The translations under genes and the position numbers were made by a program. Of a stretch of DNA of 64,000 nt, positions 49,118 through 61,348 are shown piece by piece. The DNA lies in NCBI GenBank assembly GCA_963756875.1, contig CAVWPA010000002.1, forward strand, positions 96,001 through 160,000, in the 5' to 3' direction. This DNA is from an uncultured Verrucomicrobiae bacterium (lineage in GTDB: Bacteria; Verrucomicrobiota; Verrucomicrobiia; Chthoniobacterales; UBA10450). The first letter of the stretch is position 1. Each line of letters begins with the position of its first letter. The notes under the pieces were generated by a model, which did not search any database, had not been told where the DNA came from, and worked only from the letters and a program-made list of their open reading frames with translations.

Positions 49118-50563
49118 ATGAAAGATCGCCCCTCGCTCGGTGATACGCCGCTGGATGAATTTCGAAAACAGCTGCGCGAACTGGCAGAATGGGTCGCCGA
49201 TTATCGGGAACAGATCGAGACGCTGCGCATTTCGCCTGACGATAAACCAGGCGCGATTCTGGCCGCGCTTCCGGCGCAGCCGCCGGAACAGGGCGAACCG
49301 TTCGAAAAAATTCTCGCCGACATCGATCGGCTCATTGTTCCCGGACTTGTGCATTGGGCGCATCCGGAGTTCATGAGCTACTTCGGTTGCACAACGACGA
49401 ATCCGGGCGTCCTGGCCGAGATGATCACCGGCGCGCTCAATGTGAATGCGATGACATGGCGCACGGCGCCGGCGGCCACGGAGCTGGAAACACTCGTTCT
49501 CGACTGGCTGCGACAATGGCTCGGGCTGCCCGAAGAGTTTCGTGGCGTCGTTTACGACACTGCCTCCATGTCCACCATGCACGCGCTCGCGACGGCTCGT
49601 GAAGCAGCGGCGCCAAATACCCGCAAACTGGGGCTGAGCGGGCGCGACTTGCCTGTCTTTCGGATCTACGCTTCCGATCAGGCGCATAGCTCGGTTGAAA
49701 AAGGGGCCATCGCCATTGGCGTTGGAGAAAATAATGTGCGGCGCGTTCCAAGCGATTCGTCATTTTGCATGAACGTGGCGGAATTACGCGAAACGATCGT
49801 GAAAGACCGGCAGTCAGGTTTTCACCCGATGGCGGTTGTCGCCACGGTCGGAACAACGTCGACGGCCAGCGTCGATCCGGTCGCGGAGATCGCGCAGGTT
49901 TGTCGTGAGGAGAAAATGTGGCTGCACATTGACGGCGCTTACGGAGCGGGGCTGGCGTTGTTGCCGGAATGCAAATGGATCACCGCCGGCTGGAGCGAGG
50001 CCGACTCGATCGTGATCAATCCGCACAAGATGCTTTTTGTGCCTCTCGATTTCAGCGCGCTCTACCTGCGCGATATCGAGCATTTGCGCCGGCTCTTCAC
50101 ACTTACGCCGGAGTATTTGCATCTGCGCGATCCTGTTGGCGCCGAAATCAATTACATGGATTACGGCGTGCAACTTGGACGAAGATTTCGTGCGCTAAAA
50201 GCGTGGGTTGTCTGGCGGTCATTCGGCCGGGAAGGAATCGCCGCGCGGATTCGCGAGCATCTGCGACTGGCGCACCTTCTTGCCGATTGGATCAAAGCCG
50301 ACCAGCGCTTTGAACTGGCTGCGCCCGTAGTGATGCCGGTCGTTTGTTTCCGGTTTACAGCCGCCGGGAAAGGGAACATCGACCAAATCAACAGCGAAAT
50401 CGTCGAGCGGATTAACGCCAGCGGTCGCGCGTATCTGACTCAGACAAAACTGAATGGGCGCACGGCGATGCGGATCGGCCTGGGCAACATTCTTACGACC
50501 GGGGAGCATGTGCGGAAAATGTGGGAGCTGATTGGGAAAACGGCGGATTCAATCGTCCGCTAA
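49118..50563 (+). CDS. Group II PLP-dependent decarboxylase (aromatic-L-amino-acid decarboxylase family)
   Basis: HWAHPEFMSYF, AHSSVEKG, HIDGAYG, NPHK and LGRRFRALK. Confidence 0.92.
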   Translation: MKDRPSLGDTPLDEFRKQLRELAEWVADYREQIETLRISPDDKPGAILAALPAQPPEQGEPFEKILADIDRLIVPGLVHWAHPEFMSYFGCTTTNPGVLAEMITGALNVNAMTWRTAPAATELETLVLDWLRQWLGLPEEFRGVVYDTASMSTMHALATAREAAAPNTRKLGLSGRDLPVFRIYASDQAHSSVEKGAIAIGVGENNVRRVPSDSSFCMNVAELRETIVKDRQSGFHPMAVVATVGTTSTASVDPVAEIAQVCREEKMWLHIDGAYGAGLALLPECKWITAGWSEADSIVINPHKMLFVPLDFSALYLRDIEHLRRLFTLTPEYLHLRDPVGAEINYMDYGVQLGRRFRALKAWVVWRSFGREGIAARIREHLRLAHLLADWIKADQRFELAAPVVMPVVCFRFTAAGKGNIDQINSEIVERINASGRAYLTQTKLNGRTAMRIGLGNILTTGEHVRKMWELIGKTADSIVR

Positions 50564-50705
50564 ACACGCCAAATAACGCTAAAAGGACTTCCGATCCGGA
50601 TTGTAGGGCGTCTGTGTCAGACGCCAAAACCCTCTTCTCTTCCGATTGATTTGCGACGGGACCCGGTCGCCCGTAGAATCCGTCCTTCGAAAGGACCCAA
50701 ATTTT

Positions 50706-52235
50706 ATGATGAGACTTCTGCGCAAGCACCGGCAATGGCTGATGATTGTCATCGCCGTCCTCGCGCTGCCGTTCGTTTTTTATTTTGTTCAAAAACCCGA
50801 CTACAGCCAGATCGGGCGCGACCAGGCCGGGCAAATTTACGGCCACGGTATCTCTTTCATTGATGTGGGGCGCGCGGGCCGTTTGCTAAGCCTGGGCTTG
50901 GACCTTGGGATGGAGGATTTTGTGAGGCAGATGACGCTCGGCGTGCAGAAGCAGGACCGTGATGAATTCAGCCGCTATTTTGCGGGCAACCTGCTGATCC
51001 TTCAACATGAGGCGGACCGCCTCGGCATCCATCCGGCTTCGGCTGAAATTGTGAATTTCGTCCGCAATCTGCCGGTATTCCGTGGACCTTCCGGATTCGA
51101 CGCCAAAAAGTACGAAGAGTTCGCCGCGAACGCGCTCGCACCGAATGGTTTCACCGAGGCGCAGATCGAAGAACTCGTGAGCGCGGACCTTTGTTTCCAA
51201 CGAATCAAGGAGCTGCTCGCCGCCGGGGTCGCGATCCCGCAAGCCCAGGTGAAATCGGATTTCGAAGACTTTTATGGCAGGAATTTTGTAAGTCTGATTC
51301 GATTGCACGCGTCCGATATGGCGAAGGAGGTGAAGGTGACCGATGACGAGGTGCAGAACTATTACGACGCGCACAAGGTCGAGTTGAAGACCGAGGAGAA
51401 GCGAAAGGTCGACCTGGCTAAATTTACGCTAAACGACGCCGAGAAAAAGTTGACCGGCAGGGAGCGTGTCGATGTCCTGCAAAAATTGCAGGACCGCGCG
51501 AGCGATTTTACGCAGGCATTGACGCAAAAAGGGGCCGATTTCCGCCAGCTCGCCGCGAAGTTCCAGGCGTCTGTTGAAGAGACCGGCGAATTCACGGCGA
51601 GTTCTCCCGATCCCAAGCTTAAGGGGAACCCCAAGCTGAGCGCCGCTGCGTTCCAATTAGCAGAGCAACAATCCAACAGCGATATCATTGAGGAAGAAAA
51701 CGGATACTACGTTTTGCATCTGGCAGGCATCGCCGAAGCGCGGCCGCTTACTCTTGCCGAAGCGAAACCGAAGATTGTCGATACTTTGAAGGCCGATCGG
51801 GAGCGGCAACTGATTGTGAGCAAAGGCATGAAAGCGGCGCACGATTTGCGCGAAGGGCTGAAAGCCGGGGAACCGCTCTCGTTCGCCATGGAACAGGTCA
51901 ATGTGAAGGGCGAAAAAATGGAACCGTTTATCGTCGCGGACAATTCCGATGCGAAAACTGCCGCGGAGAAAGCGAAAAACGAACCGCCGGAAATGAACGA
52001 GATCAAAAACGTAACCGCACAGCTTCAGGCGGGCGAGGTCAGCGACTTCCTTTCAACGCCCGATGGCGGCATGATCATTTACCTGGAAAAGCGCGAACCG
52101 CCGGACAAGGCGACATACGCGCAGAACAAGGCGGAATTCGACCAGAAATATCTGCGCAACAAGCGCCAGATTGTTTTCTACGAATGGCTGCATAGCCGGC
52201 AGGTTGCGGCCAACCTGCAGTTCGTGAAAAGCTAA
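50706..52235 (+). CDS. SurA-N/PpiD-like periplasmic chaperone
   Basis: N-terminal TM, VTDDEVQNYY...EEKRKV and PLTLAEAKPKI. Confidence 0.8.
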   Translation: MMRLLRKHRQWLMIVIAVLALPFVFYFVQKPDYSQIGRDQAGQIYGHGISFIDVGRAGRLLSLGLDLGMEDFVRQMTLGVQKQDRDEFSRYFAGNLLILQHEADRLGIHPASAEIVNFVRNLPVFRGPSGFDAKKYEEFAANALAPNGFTEAQIEELVSADLCFQRIKELLAAGVAIPQAQVKSDFEDFYGRNFVSLIRLHASDMAKEVKVTDDEVQNYYDAHKVELKTEEKRKVDLAKFTLNDAEKKLTGRERVDVLQKLQDRASDFTQALTQKGADFRQLAAKFQASVEETGEFTASSPDPKLKGNPKLSAAAFQLAEQQSNSDIIEEENGYYVLHLAGIAEARPLTLAEAKPKIVDTLKADRERQLIVSKGMKAAHDLREGLKAGEPLSFAMEQVNVKGEKMEPFIVADNSDAKTAAEKAKNEPPEMNEIKNVTAQLQAGEVSDFLSTPDGGMIIYLEKREPPDKATYAQNKAEFDQKYLRNKRQIVFYEWLHSRQVAANLQFVKS

Positions 52236-52258
52236 AGATCGCGCAGGAGCGCGATTTT

Positions 52259-52384
52259 AAACCCAAAATCCCAAACCCCAAGCACCAAAGAATTACCAAT
52301 CACCAAATTCCAATCCACGCGTGCACCTTTGGGGATTGGTGTTTAAAGTTTGGAGCTTCCCTGGGGTTTGGTGCTTGGGGTTTT
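52259..52384. repeat. Inverted heptamer repeats (AAnnnCC / GGnnnTT)
   Basis: AAACCCA AAATCCC AAACCCC AAGCACC ... GGAGCTT ... GGTGCTT GGGGTTT; related arrays at 40642-40700, 55007-55160 and 56371-56530. Confidence 0.8.
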
Positions 52385-52392
52385 AAAGAAAT

Positions 52393-52722
52393 ATGCCTTC
52401 CCTCGATGAAATTTTCGACGACGCCAACGGCGACCTTGCGATTGGCGAATTGGAAAGCGCTGTGGAAAAATACCGGCGCTGCGTCGAATTGGATCCGGAC
52501 TTTTTCGACGGCTGGCACGCACTCGGCATGGCGCTGATGAAGGTCGGCCGATTTCCGGAAGCGATCGATGCCGGCAAAAAAGCCACCGAGCTCCGGCCTA
52601 ACGATCAAATTGCCTGGACCAGTCTGTCCCTATTCTACAATCGTGCCGGCGACATCAAGGAAGCCGAAGCCGCAGGGACAAAAGCGAAGATCCTTGGTTG
52701 GGGAGGGAAAATCGCGCAGTAG
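52393..52722 (+). CDS. Small TPR protein
   Basis: YRRCVELDPD..GWHALGMAL and KATELRPND TPR pattern. Confidence 0.85.
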   Translation: MPSLDEIFDDANGDLAIGELESAVEKYRRCVELDPDFFDGWHALGMALMKVGRFPEAIDAGKKATELRPNDQIAWTSLSLFYNRAGDIKEAEAAGTKAKILGWGGKIAQ

Positions 52723-52737
52723 CGCGACTTAAGCAGC

Positions 52738-52880
52738 AAAATTGTAGGGCAGGCGCGTCGCCTGCCGACGTCTAACGGGCAACCGGAGCGGTCGCCCTAC
52801 AATTGGAGCTTGGGTATGGGTGATTCTCTGGAGCTTGGATGTTGGTGCCTGGTGCTTCCGATCGGCGTACCGCCGATCGG
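52738..52880. repeat. REP doublet + heptamer tail + CCGATCGG hairpin
   Basis: AATTGTAGGGC...GCCCTACAATT; direct repeat at 55036-55133; tail repeated at 56503-56554. Confidence 0.82.
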
Positions 52881-52885
52881 TTTGG

Positions 52886-54949
52886 TCACCAGATATTCAC
52901 CCGCTTGTCCGCTGCGCGCACCATCGCTGCGCCATCAGGAATGTTAAACGCCTTTTGAAATTCAGGCAGATTCGAGAGCGGCCCGTCCACGCGGTAACGC
53001 GCGGGCGAATGCGGGTCGGTGTTCAAACGCAATTTCAAATCTTCGTCGCGCTGCTTCGATTTCCAGATGGTCGCGAACGATAGAAAGAAGCGCTGATCTT
53101 CGGTAAAGCCGTTAATTTTTTTGTCACGCTCCTGTGGATTTTTATCGAGCGCTTTTTGCAACGCGGCGTAGGCGAGTTTCAGGCCGCCGAGATCGGCGAT
53201 ATTTTCACCTTGAGTCAGCTTGCCGTTGATGTGCAGCCCCGGCAGCGGCTCGTAGGCATTGTATTGGTCCACGACTTTCTGCGCGCGCTTCTTGAACTCG
53301 GCCGCCGATTTCGGCGTCCACCAGTCTCGCAGATTGCCGGCGGCATCGTATTGCCGGCCCTCATCGTCGAACCCGTGCGTCATTTCATGACCAATGACCG
53401 CACCGATTCCACCGTAGTTCACGGCGTCGTCCGCGTTGGCGTAGAAAAACGGCGGCTGCAAAATGCCGGCCGGGAAAACGATTTCGTTTCTGGTGGGATT
53501 GTAATAGGCGTTCACTGTCGGTGGCGTCATTCCCCAGTCGGTGGGATCGACCGGTTGGCCGATCTTGTTGAAATCTCGTGTGACCGCGAATTTCGCCGCG
53601 CGTACTGCATTCAGCACGAATGGGCCGCGATCGATCTCCAGCATCGAATAATCGATCCACTTGCTCGGATAACCGATTTTCACCTGCATGGCGGCCAGTT
53701 TCTTTAGCGCTTCCTGTTTCGTCGGCTCGTCCATCCAGTCGAGCGTCTTGATGCGGTCGCGGAGCGCATCCCTCACGTTGTTGACCAGCTCCAGCGCGCG
53801 CGCCTTTGCCTGCGGCGGAAAATCATACGCGACATACAATTTGCCCAATGCCTGGCCGACGGACCCATCGGTGGAGGCGATCACGCGTTTCCAGCGCGGC
53901 TTAATTTTCTTCGTGCCGTGCATGATCGTCCCGTTGAAGTGGAAATCTTCGTCCACAAATGCCTTCGACAGCTGGTCGGCGGTCGCGTCGATCAGGTGCC
54001 AGCGCAAATACGCTTTCCAATCGTCGAGTGGCGTCTCTTTGAAGACGGTATCGGCGGTCTTTAAAAATTCCGGCTGATGCACATTGATGTCGGCCGGCTC
54101 GTGCACATCGAGGTTCTTGAAGTAATCGCTCCAATTCCAGCCCGGCGTGAGGCCTTGGAGCTGGCTCATCGGGATCTTATTGTAGTTCTTTTGCGGATCT
54201 CGAAGCTCCACGCGTGTCCGTGAGGCTTCCGCGAGTTTGGTCTCGAGTGCGAGAATCTTTTTCGCTTCGTCCGTAGCGCTCGCGGACGCGTCGCCCAGGA
54301 GCGTCAGCATTTTCGCCACGTGCGCGACGTATTCGTCGCGCAATTTTTTCGAGGCCTCGTCCGTCTTCGTGTAATAATCGCGGTCCGGCATGCCAAGTCC
54401 ACCCTGGACGGCTTGCGCGATCTCGCGCGTGCTGTTCTTGTCGTCCGCTCCGGAGCCGAACCCGAAAAGCACGTCTACACCGATGCCATGCAGGTGCGCG
54501 ATTTCCTTGAGCAAATCGTTGCGGTCCTTGATCGCGGCGATGCTTTTGAATTCGTCCGCCAGTGGCTTGGCGCCCGCGGCCTCGACCGTTTTCTCGTCCA
54601 TCCCGCTCGTGTAATAATTCCCGACCTTCTCCACATCCGGCGCCAGTCTCGGGTCGATCTTCGTGGCGGCGGCTTTTTCCGCGACCGCATGCAACGCATC
54701 GTTATTTCTCTCGATCAACTGATTGAAACTTCCCCAGCGCGAGTATTCGGGCGGGATCACCGTCCGTTTGACCCAGCCGCCGTCCGCGTAGGTGAAGAAA
54801 TCGGTCCCCGGCTTTACGGACGGATCCATATTTGTTGGATCGAGCGGTTTCGGATGTTTCTCGAACGCGGATGCCGCGGAAGGCGTGTCGGCGCGCAAAG
54901 CCAACGCGCCAAAAAGAGCGATTGCGAAAATGGAGAACGTCTTAATCAT
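52886..54949 (-). CDS. M13-family (neprilysin/PepO-like) metallopeptidase with signal peptide
   Basis: VNAYY, GHEMTHGFD, GENIAD and DPHSP. Confidence 0.95.
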   Translation of the reverse strand: MIKTFSIFAIALFGALALRADTPSAASAFEKHPKPLDPTNMDPSVKPGTDFFTYADGGWVKRTVIPPEYSRWGSFNQLIERNNDALHAVAEKAAATKIDPRLAPDVEKVGNYYTSGMDEKTVEAAGAKPLADEFKSIAAIKDRNDLLKEIAHLHGIGVDVLFGFGSGADDKNSTREIAQAVQGGLGMPDRDYYTKTDEASKKLRDEYVAHVAKMLTLLGDASASATDEAKKILALETKLAEASRTRVELRDPQKNYNKIPMSQLQGLTPGWNWSDYFKNLDVHEPADINVHQPEFLKTADTVFKETPLDDWKAYLRWHLIDATADQLSKAFVDEDFHFNGTIMHGTKKIKPRWKRVIASTDGSVGQALGKLYVAYDFPPQAKARALELVNNVRDALRDRIKTLDWMDEPTKQEALKKLAAMQVKIGYPSKWIDYSMLEIDRGPFVLNAVRAAKFAVTRDFNKIGQPVDPTDWGMTPPTVNAYYNPTRNEIVFPAGILQPPFFYANADDAVNYGGIGAVIGHEMTHGFDDEGRQYDAAGNLRDWWTPKSAAEFKKRAQKVVDQYNAYEPLPGLHINGKLTQGENIADLGGLKLAYAALQKALDKNPQERDKKINGFTEDQRFFLSFATIWKSKQRDEDLKLRLNTDPHSPARYRVDGPLSNLPEFQKAFNIPDGAAMVRAADKRVNIW

Positions 54950-55035
54950 GAGTAATAAAACTCGAAGGTCGCGCGCTTGTCCAATCATTGCGCGGCAGCG
55001 CGATGAAAGCTCCAAATTCCAAGCTCCAACATCCC

Positions 55036-55133
55036 AAAATTGTAGGGCGGGCGCTCCGCCTGCCTAATTAGTTACATGGCAACCGAAGCGGTCGCCCTAC
55101 AACCGGACGTTGATGCTTGGTGATTCTCTGGTG
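55036..55133. repeat. REP doublet within a heptamer array
   Basis: TTGTAGGGCGGGCGCTCCGCCTGCC...GGCAACCGAAGCGGTCGCCCTACAA. Confidence 0.82.
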
Positions 55134-55274
55134 TCCGCCACAGGACGGATTCGCCATGGCGAACTTGAAAGTTGGTGCTTCCCATCAGCCTGGGGATGGG
55201 CTTCCGCCTGCCGAATCAATCTAATTGCCCTATAAATACTTGAGCCCGTCTCCCGTAGCACCTAGTCTGTATCC

Positions 55275-55715
55275 ATGACAAAACTAATCAGTTACACAAT
55301 GACAGCTCTTCTGGCGACGGTAGCCATTTCATTCGCTGCGCCGGACAAGGCCGCGCTGGAAGCAAAAGAAAAAGCTGCCTGGCAGGCCTTCAAAGACAAG
55401 AAGACCGACGACTTCAAAAAGATCATAAACACAGAGTTTTGCGGCGTCTACGACAGCGGCATCTACAACATGCAAAAAGAGGTGGACGACATGCAAAAGT
55501 GGGACATGAAATCCTTTGCGTTGAGCGATTACCAGATGGTCGCCGCCGGACGAGGTACAGTCATGACGACTTACACGGTAAAAATCGAGGGCACCTTTAA
55601 TGGGAAAGACGCCTCCGGTACTTTCAATTGCGGCTCGGTCTGGAAAAAACAGAAGGACGGGGAATGGCAGCCCATTTTCCATACGAACGTGAAGCAGGCC
55701 GCCCCCACCAGCTAA
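55275..55715 (+). CDS. Secreted NTF2-like (DUF4440) protein, copy 1
   Basis: Signal peptide, KEKAAWQAFK, SVWKK..GEWQPIFH. Confidence 0.8.
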   Translation: MTKLISYTMTALLATVAISFAAPDKAALEAKEKAAWQAFKDKKTDDFKKIINTEFCGVYDSGIYNMQKEVDDMQKWDMKSFALSDYQMVAAGRGTVMTTYTVKIEGTFNGKDASGTFNCGSVWKKQKDGEWQPIFHTNVKQAAPTS

Positions 55716-55737
55716 TCACGTCGAGGTAACCGTATCC

Positions 55738-55864
55738 TGTAGAGGCCGCCGTCCCGGCGGCAATGGTAGGGACGCCGCGCCGCGGCGTCCCGCAACCTGT
55801 GGCTTGGACAGCGCGGCGCACTGTCCCTACCTTGGGTTTGGCGTCTGACACAGACGCCCTGCAA
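55738..55864. repeat. Cluster of nested REP halves
   Basis: TGTAGAGGCC..., GGTAGGGAC...GTCCCTACC, GGCGTCTGACACAGACGCCCTGCA. Confidence 0.75.
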
Positions 55865-55929
55865 CTGAGATCGGTCGCGTCACCCAATAATGCTTGAGCC
55901 CTTCTCCCGTCGGGCATAGTTTTGCGTCT

Positions 55930-56367
55930 ATGACAAAACTGATCAGTTACACAATGACAGCTCTCCTTGCGACAGTCGCCATTTCATTCGCGGCGCCGAA
56001 CAAGGATGCCGTTATCGCCAAGGAAAAAGCCGCCTGGCAGGCCTTCAAAGACAAGAAAGCCGATGAGGTCAAAAAGCTCCTTTCCCCGGAGTTGATGGCG
56101 GTTTACTCCGATGGAATCAATACCTTCCAACAGGAACTGGATGCGATGGCAAAGACGGACATGAAATCGTTCAGCTTTAGCGATGTGAACGTAGTGTTTC
56201 CGGATCCCGCGACTGCCGTCATTACTTATAAGGTGACGGTCGAGTCCACTCAGGAAGGAAAAGACATCGGCGGCACGTTCAACGCCGGTTCCATCTGGCG
56301 GATGGTCAAGGGCAAATGGTTGGGCGTCTTTCACACCGAAGCCAAGGTGGAAGCCGCGACCAAATAG
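55930..56367 (+). CDS. Secreted NTF2-like (DUF4440) protein, copy 2
   Basis: Identical N-terminal MTKLISYTMTALLATVAISFAAP; diverged mature domain. Confidence 0.8.
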   Translation: MTKLISYTMTALLATVAISFAAPNKDAVIAKEKAAWQAFKDKKADEVKKLLSPELMAVYSDGINTFQQELDAMAKTDMKSFSFSDVNVVFPDPATAVITYKVTVESTQEGKDIGGTFNAGSIWRMVKGKWLGVFHTEAKVEAATK

Positions 56368-56624
56368 GATAAAAGCTCCAAATCCCAACTCCGAAATACT
56401 TCGCGAGCAGGGCTCCAACATCCAGAGAAGCACCAAACTTCAAACACCAATCTTCAAAGCTGCGCGCGCGTAAATATTGGGATTTGGTGATTGAAGTTTC
56501 ATTGGAGCTTGGATGTTGGTGCTTGGTGCTTCCGATCGGCGCCTCGCCGATCGGGTCATTCACTTCATTAGACGCGGGTCTTTTGTCCACTTGTCACATG
56601 TCACTCGCCACTTTAACGTAGTGC

Positions 56625-56712
56625 CGTAGTGCGGGGGAGCCGCTATTGGCTGAGACGTCTTGGACGAACCCCTTGAACCTGATGCGGGTAATGCCGCCGA
56701 AGGGAGGTCCGA
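56625..56712 (+). ncRNA. TPP riboswitch
   Basis: GGGG...GCTGAGA...ACCC.TTGAACCTGATGCGGGTAATGCCGCCGAAGGGA upstream of thiC; ends approximate. Confidence 0.93.
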
Positions 56713-56716
56713 GCTC

Positions 56717-56749
56717 GGCCATGCCATGTCCCGCATGGCCTTTTTGTTT
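56717..56749 (+). terminator. Riboswitch expression-platform terminator
   Basis: GGCCATGC-CATGTCCC-GCATGGCC followed by TTTTTGTTT. Confidence 0.8.
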
Positions 56750-56754
56750 GTTAG

Positions 56755-56838
56755 CCACAGATGAACACAGATTTTCACAGATCAATGAACCGAATTGCTT
56801 CCTGTCTTATCTGTGTTTCATCTGTGTAAATCTGTGGC
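56755..56838. repeat. Inverted nonamer repeats (CACAGAT-type) in the thiC leader
   Basis: CCACAGATG AACACAGAT TTTCACAGAT ... ATCTGTGTT TCATCTGTG TAAATCTGTGG. Confidence 0.8.
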
Positions 56839-56844
56839 CTGGAT

Positions 56845-58927
<2,083 letters not shown>

Positions 58928-59025
58928 TGCGCATGTCCATGAATACGGCTTTGAGCGGGAGCGGCCGGATAGATGACATCAAAAGTCACCCGCAGGGCGA
59001 GCGTCGCGGGGAGACAAAGCTCGTC

Positions 59026-59157
59026 AAGATCACGGAGGACGTGAGGAAATACGCAGCCGAACAAGGCTTGTCCGAGGAAGAGGCATTAAAAGCAGGCATG
59101 GAACAGAAATCTCGGGAATTCGTAAGTGCCGGCGCCAAGGTCTACGCAAAAACCTAA
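59026..59157 (+). pseudogene. Diverged duplicate of the thiC 3' end (within ORF 58924-59157)
   Basis: [32 protein letters not shown].. vs Thi[33 protein letters not shown].. Confidence 0.85.
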
Positions 59158-59313
59158 TGTCTGGGGAGCACAGGCTGCCAGCCTGTTGGTCGCGGCGACT
59201 CGCCGCGACGAGCTTTCATCAGAACCAATTCGCGAAATCCGCGAATTTATGCGAAAGAAATTTTTGCGGCACCGGTTTGTAACCGCGGGAGCCGACGAAA
59301 TTCCTTCGCCTCA

Positions 59314-59924
59314 ATGACACGCAAACTACTTCTTTGGGCGCTGATCGCGGTCCCCATCTGTTATTACTTTGGGCTAATCGTTGGTGCGGCGACTTATCCC
59401 GGTTACAGCCACATCACCCGTTATGCGAGTGAGCTCGGCGCTGCCGGCGCGCCATATCCGGCACTGTTCAATGTCTCGATTATGATCGGCGGCGCGTTAG
59501 CCGTACTTGCATCGATCGGTCTCGCGATTGCGCTTCACGATCAAGTGACGGCGGCGGCTGGCTATGGGCCGTTCTGGCTGGAGTCGCTCTGGCCTGCTGG
59601 GGCGCCTCCATGGTAATGGGCGGAATGTTTCCGATGCCCGACCCGCGTCACGGCGGGCTTGGGCTCGGTCTTTCGGCACCTCTTGTGCCGTTGTTCGCGT
59701 TGCTGGCAATTCGAAAACTTCCGAACGCGACCGGAATGAAGCTCTTTCTCGCCTTTATCTTTCTCGGGTCGTTGATCGTGCTGGCGATCATGTTCGGCGT
59801 GGGACACCTGGTCACGCGTCACAACGTCGGAATTTGGCAGCGGATCAACTCCGGAATCTCCATTCCCTGGTTCGCGGTGCTCGGGTGTTGGCTGCTCACT
59901 CGCGCGCGAAAGAAATGGGTGTAG
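59314..59924 (+). CDS. DUF998-like membrane protein; apparent frameshift near 59550
   Basis: YPGYSHITRYASELGA, GMFPMPDPRH and GIWQR; ORFs 59314-59616 and 59610-59924 join. Confidence 0.7.
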
Positions 59925-60103
59925 AGGCGCCCGTCTCGGGTGCAATGCCAGTCCGGCCTCGGGCTCGCGGGTGTCTCACCGCGACGAACGTTCCGATGTT
60001 CTGCAGAAGGGTCCTAAAGGATTCTTTCAGACCCCATTTTCCCGCGCATCGTGGACGATCTCTATCGTTCGCGGTCATTTTTCTGATAGATTAAGGTACG
60101 CCC

Positions 60104-60772
60104 ATGGCTGATTCATCAGTTACAGAAAAACGACGACTGGCTGCACCGTGCGTGACGCCGCAGGCGCTGGCCTGGGACGGGAAACAGCTTTGGCTCAGCT
60201 CGCGCGATCTAGGCACGCTCTATCGAACCAACAACGGTGACGGATTGAAGATTGTCGAGGAAATCGATCCGCCGGGAACGGTATGGGCGGCGGTGCTGAC
60301 AAACCGCGGCTGGCGGTTCACGATCGGCAAAGGATTAAATGACGACCGCTACGTCTATAGTTATACTGCGGCCGACGGGTTCAGGAAGTTGTTTGCCTGC
60401 CCGGAATTTACCGGCTCCTATCTCAGCTTCGACGGCGAACATCTGTACCTGAGCCAATGGTACAAAGGACAGATCCATCGGATGGACGATTCAGGAACCA
60501 TTTCGCGCACGATTGACGTCGGCGCGGAAATATGCGGGCACACATTCGTCGATGGGACGCTCTATGTGCTGCGTGGGCGCGAGAACAAGGACATTCCAAA
60601 CAGAGGAGAGGAATGGCACATCGCCCGCCTCGATCCTGAGAAAGAAACACCGGAGGTAAAAGACCTCGCGGAGATTCCATTCGCATCGCGGTCGCTAGCG
60701 TTCGACGGCGAGTTCTTCTGGTCGAATCATCGCGCCGGAAACGAGACGATCGCGTTTGCCATCCCTGACTAA
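60104..60772 (+). CDS. Hypothetical beta-propeller-like protein
   Basis: Repeated LAWDGKQLW / LSFDGEHLY / LAFDGEFFW blades. Confidence 0.75.
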   Translation: MADSSVTEKRRLAAPCVTPQALAWDGKQLWLSSRDLGTLYRTNNGDGLKIVEEIDPPGTVWAAVLTNRGWRFTIGKGLNDDRYVYSYTAADGFRKLFACPEFTGSYLSFDGEHLYLSQWYKGQIHRMDDSGTISRTIDVGAEICGHTFVDGTLYVLRGRENKDIPNRGEEWHIARLDPEKETPEVKDLAEIPFASRSLAFDGEFFWSNHRAGNETIAFAIPD

Positions 60773-60879
60773 CGAATGGCAAGATCCCCAGGTTCACAAA
60801 GGCCGAATTCGATGCGATGAAAAAAAGGAAAAGAAGAAATGAATTTGGAGCAATCTTCTCGATGCCTCTCGCGTCCTCC

Positions 60880-60905
60880 AAATGTCAAAAATATAGATGC
60901 GACCC
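60880..60905 (+). repeat. Conserved 26-bp junction site, copy 1
   Basis: AAATGTCAAAAATATAGATGCGACCC, identical to 63112-63137. Confidence 0.9.
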
Positions 60906-60964
60906 CATTATTTTCCATTTTCCTAACGACCTGATGTCAGGAGAGGGGACCGATTATCGAAGAG

Positions 60965-61348
60965 ATGGACGAGCATAATATTCGCGCGGCGATAGATCGA
61001 CATTGGGCCGCCTCCGCCGCGGGCGATCAAGTGGGCGAACACGAAATCTATCACGATGACGTTGTCTGCGAGTACCCACAGTCAGGCGAGATAATTTATG
61101 GTCGCCAAAATCTGCAGGCGTTGCGTAGCCACCACCCTGATAAGCCATCTGAGTTTACCGTCAGGCGGATCGTAGGAGAAGGTAAGCTCTGGGTTAGCGA
61201 GTACGTGATTAACTACGGCGGCAAACGTCTCTTTACCGTGAGTGTCATGGAGTTTCGAGACGGAAGAGTGTCGCACGAGACACAATATTTCGCCGATTCA
61301 TTTGATGCTCCTGCCTGGCGCGCCCAATGGGTCGGGCGCGCGCTATGA
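60965..61348 (+). CDS. SnoaL/NTF2-like protein
   Basis: IYHDDVVCEYPQSGE, VMEFRDGRVSHETQYF and APAWRAQW. Confidence 0.88.
   Translation: MDEHNIRAAIDRHWAASAAGDQVGEHEIYHDDVVCEYPQSGEIIYGRQNLQALRSHHPDKPSEFTVRRIVGEGKLWVSEYVINYGGKRLFTVSVMEFRDGRVSHETQYFADSFDAPAWRAQWVGRAL

Noticed and set aside
52259..56838. Heptamer/nonamer arrays as CRISPR
   Set aside because: Short tandem units in inverted pairs with no unique spacers and no cas genes
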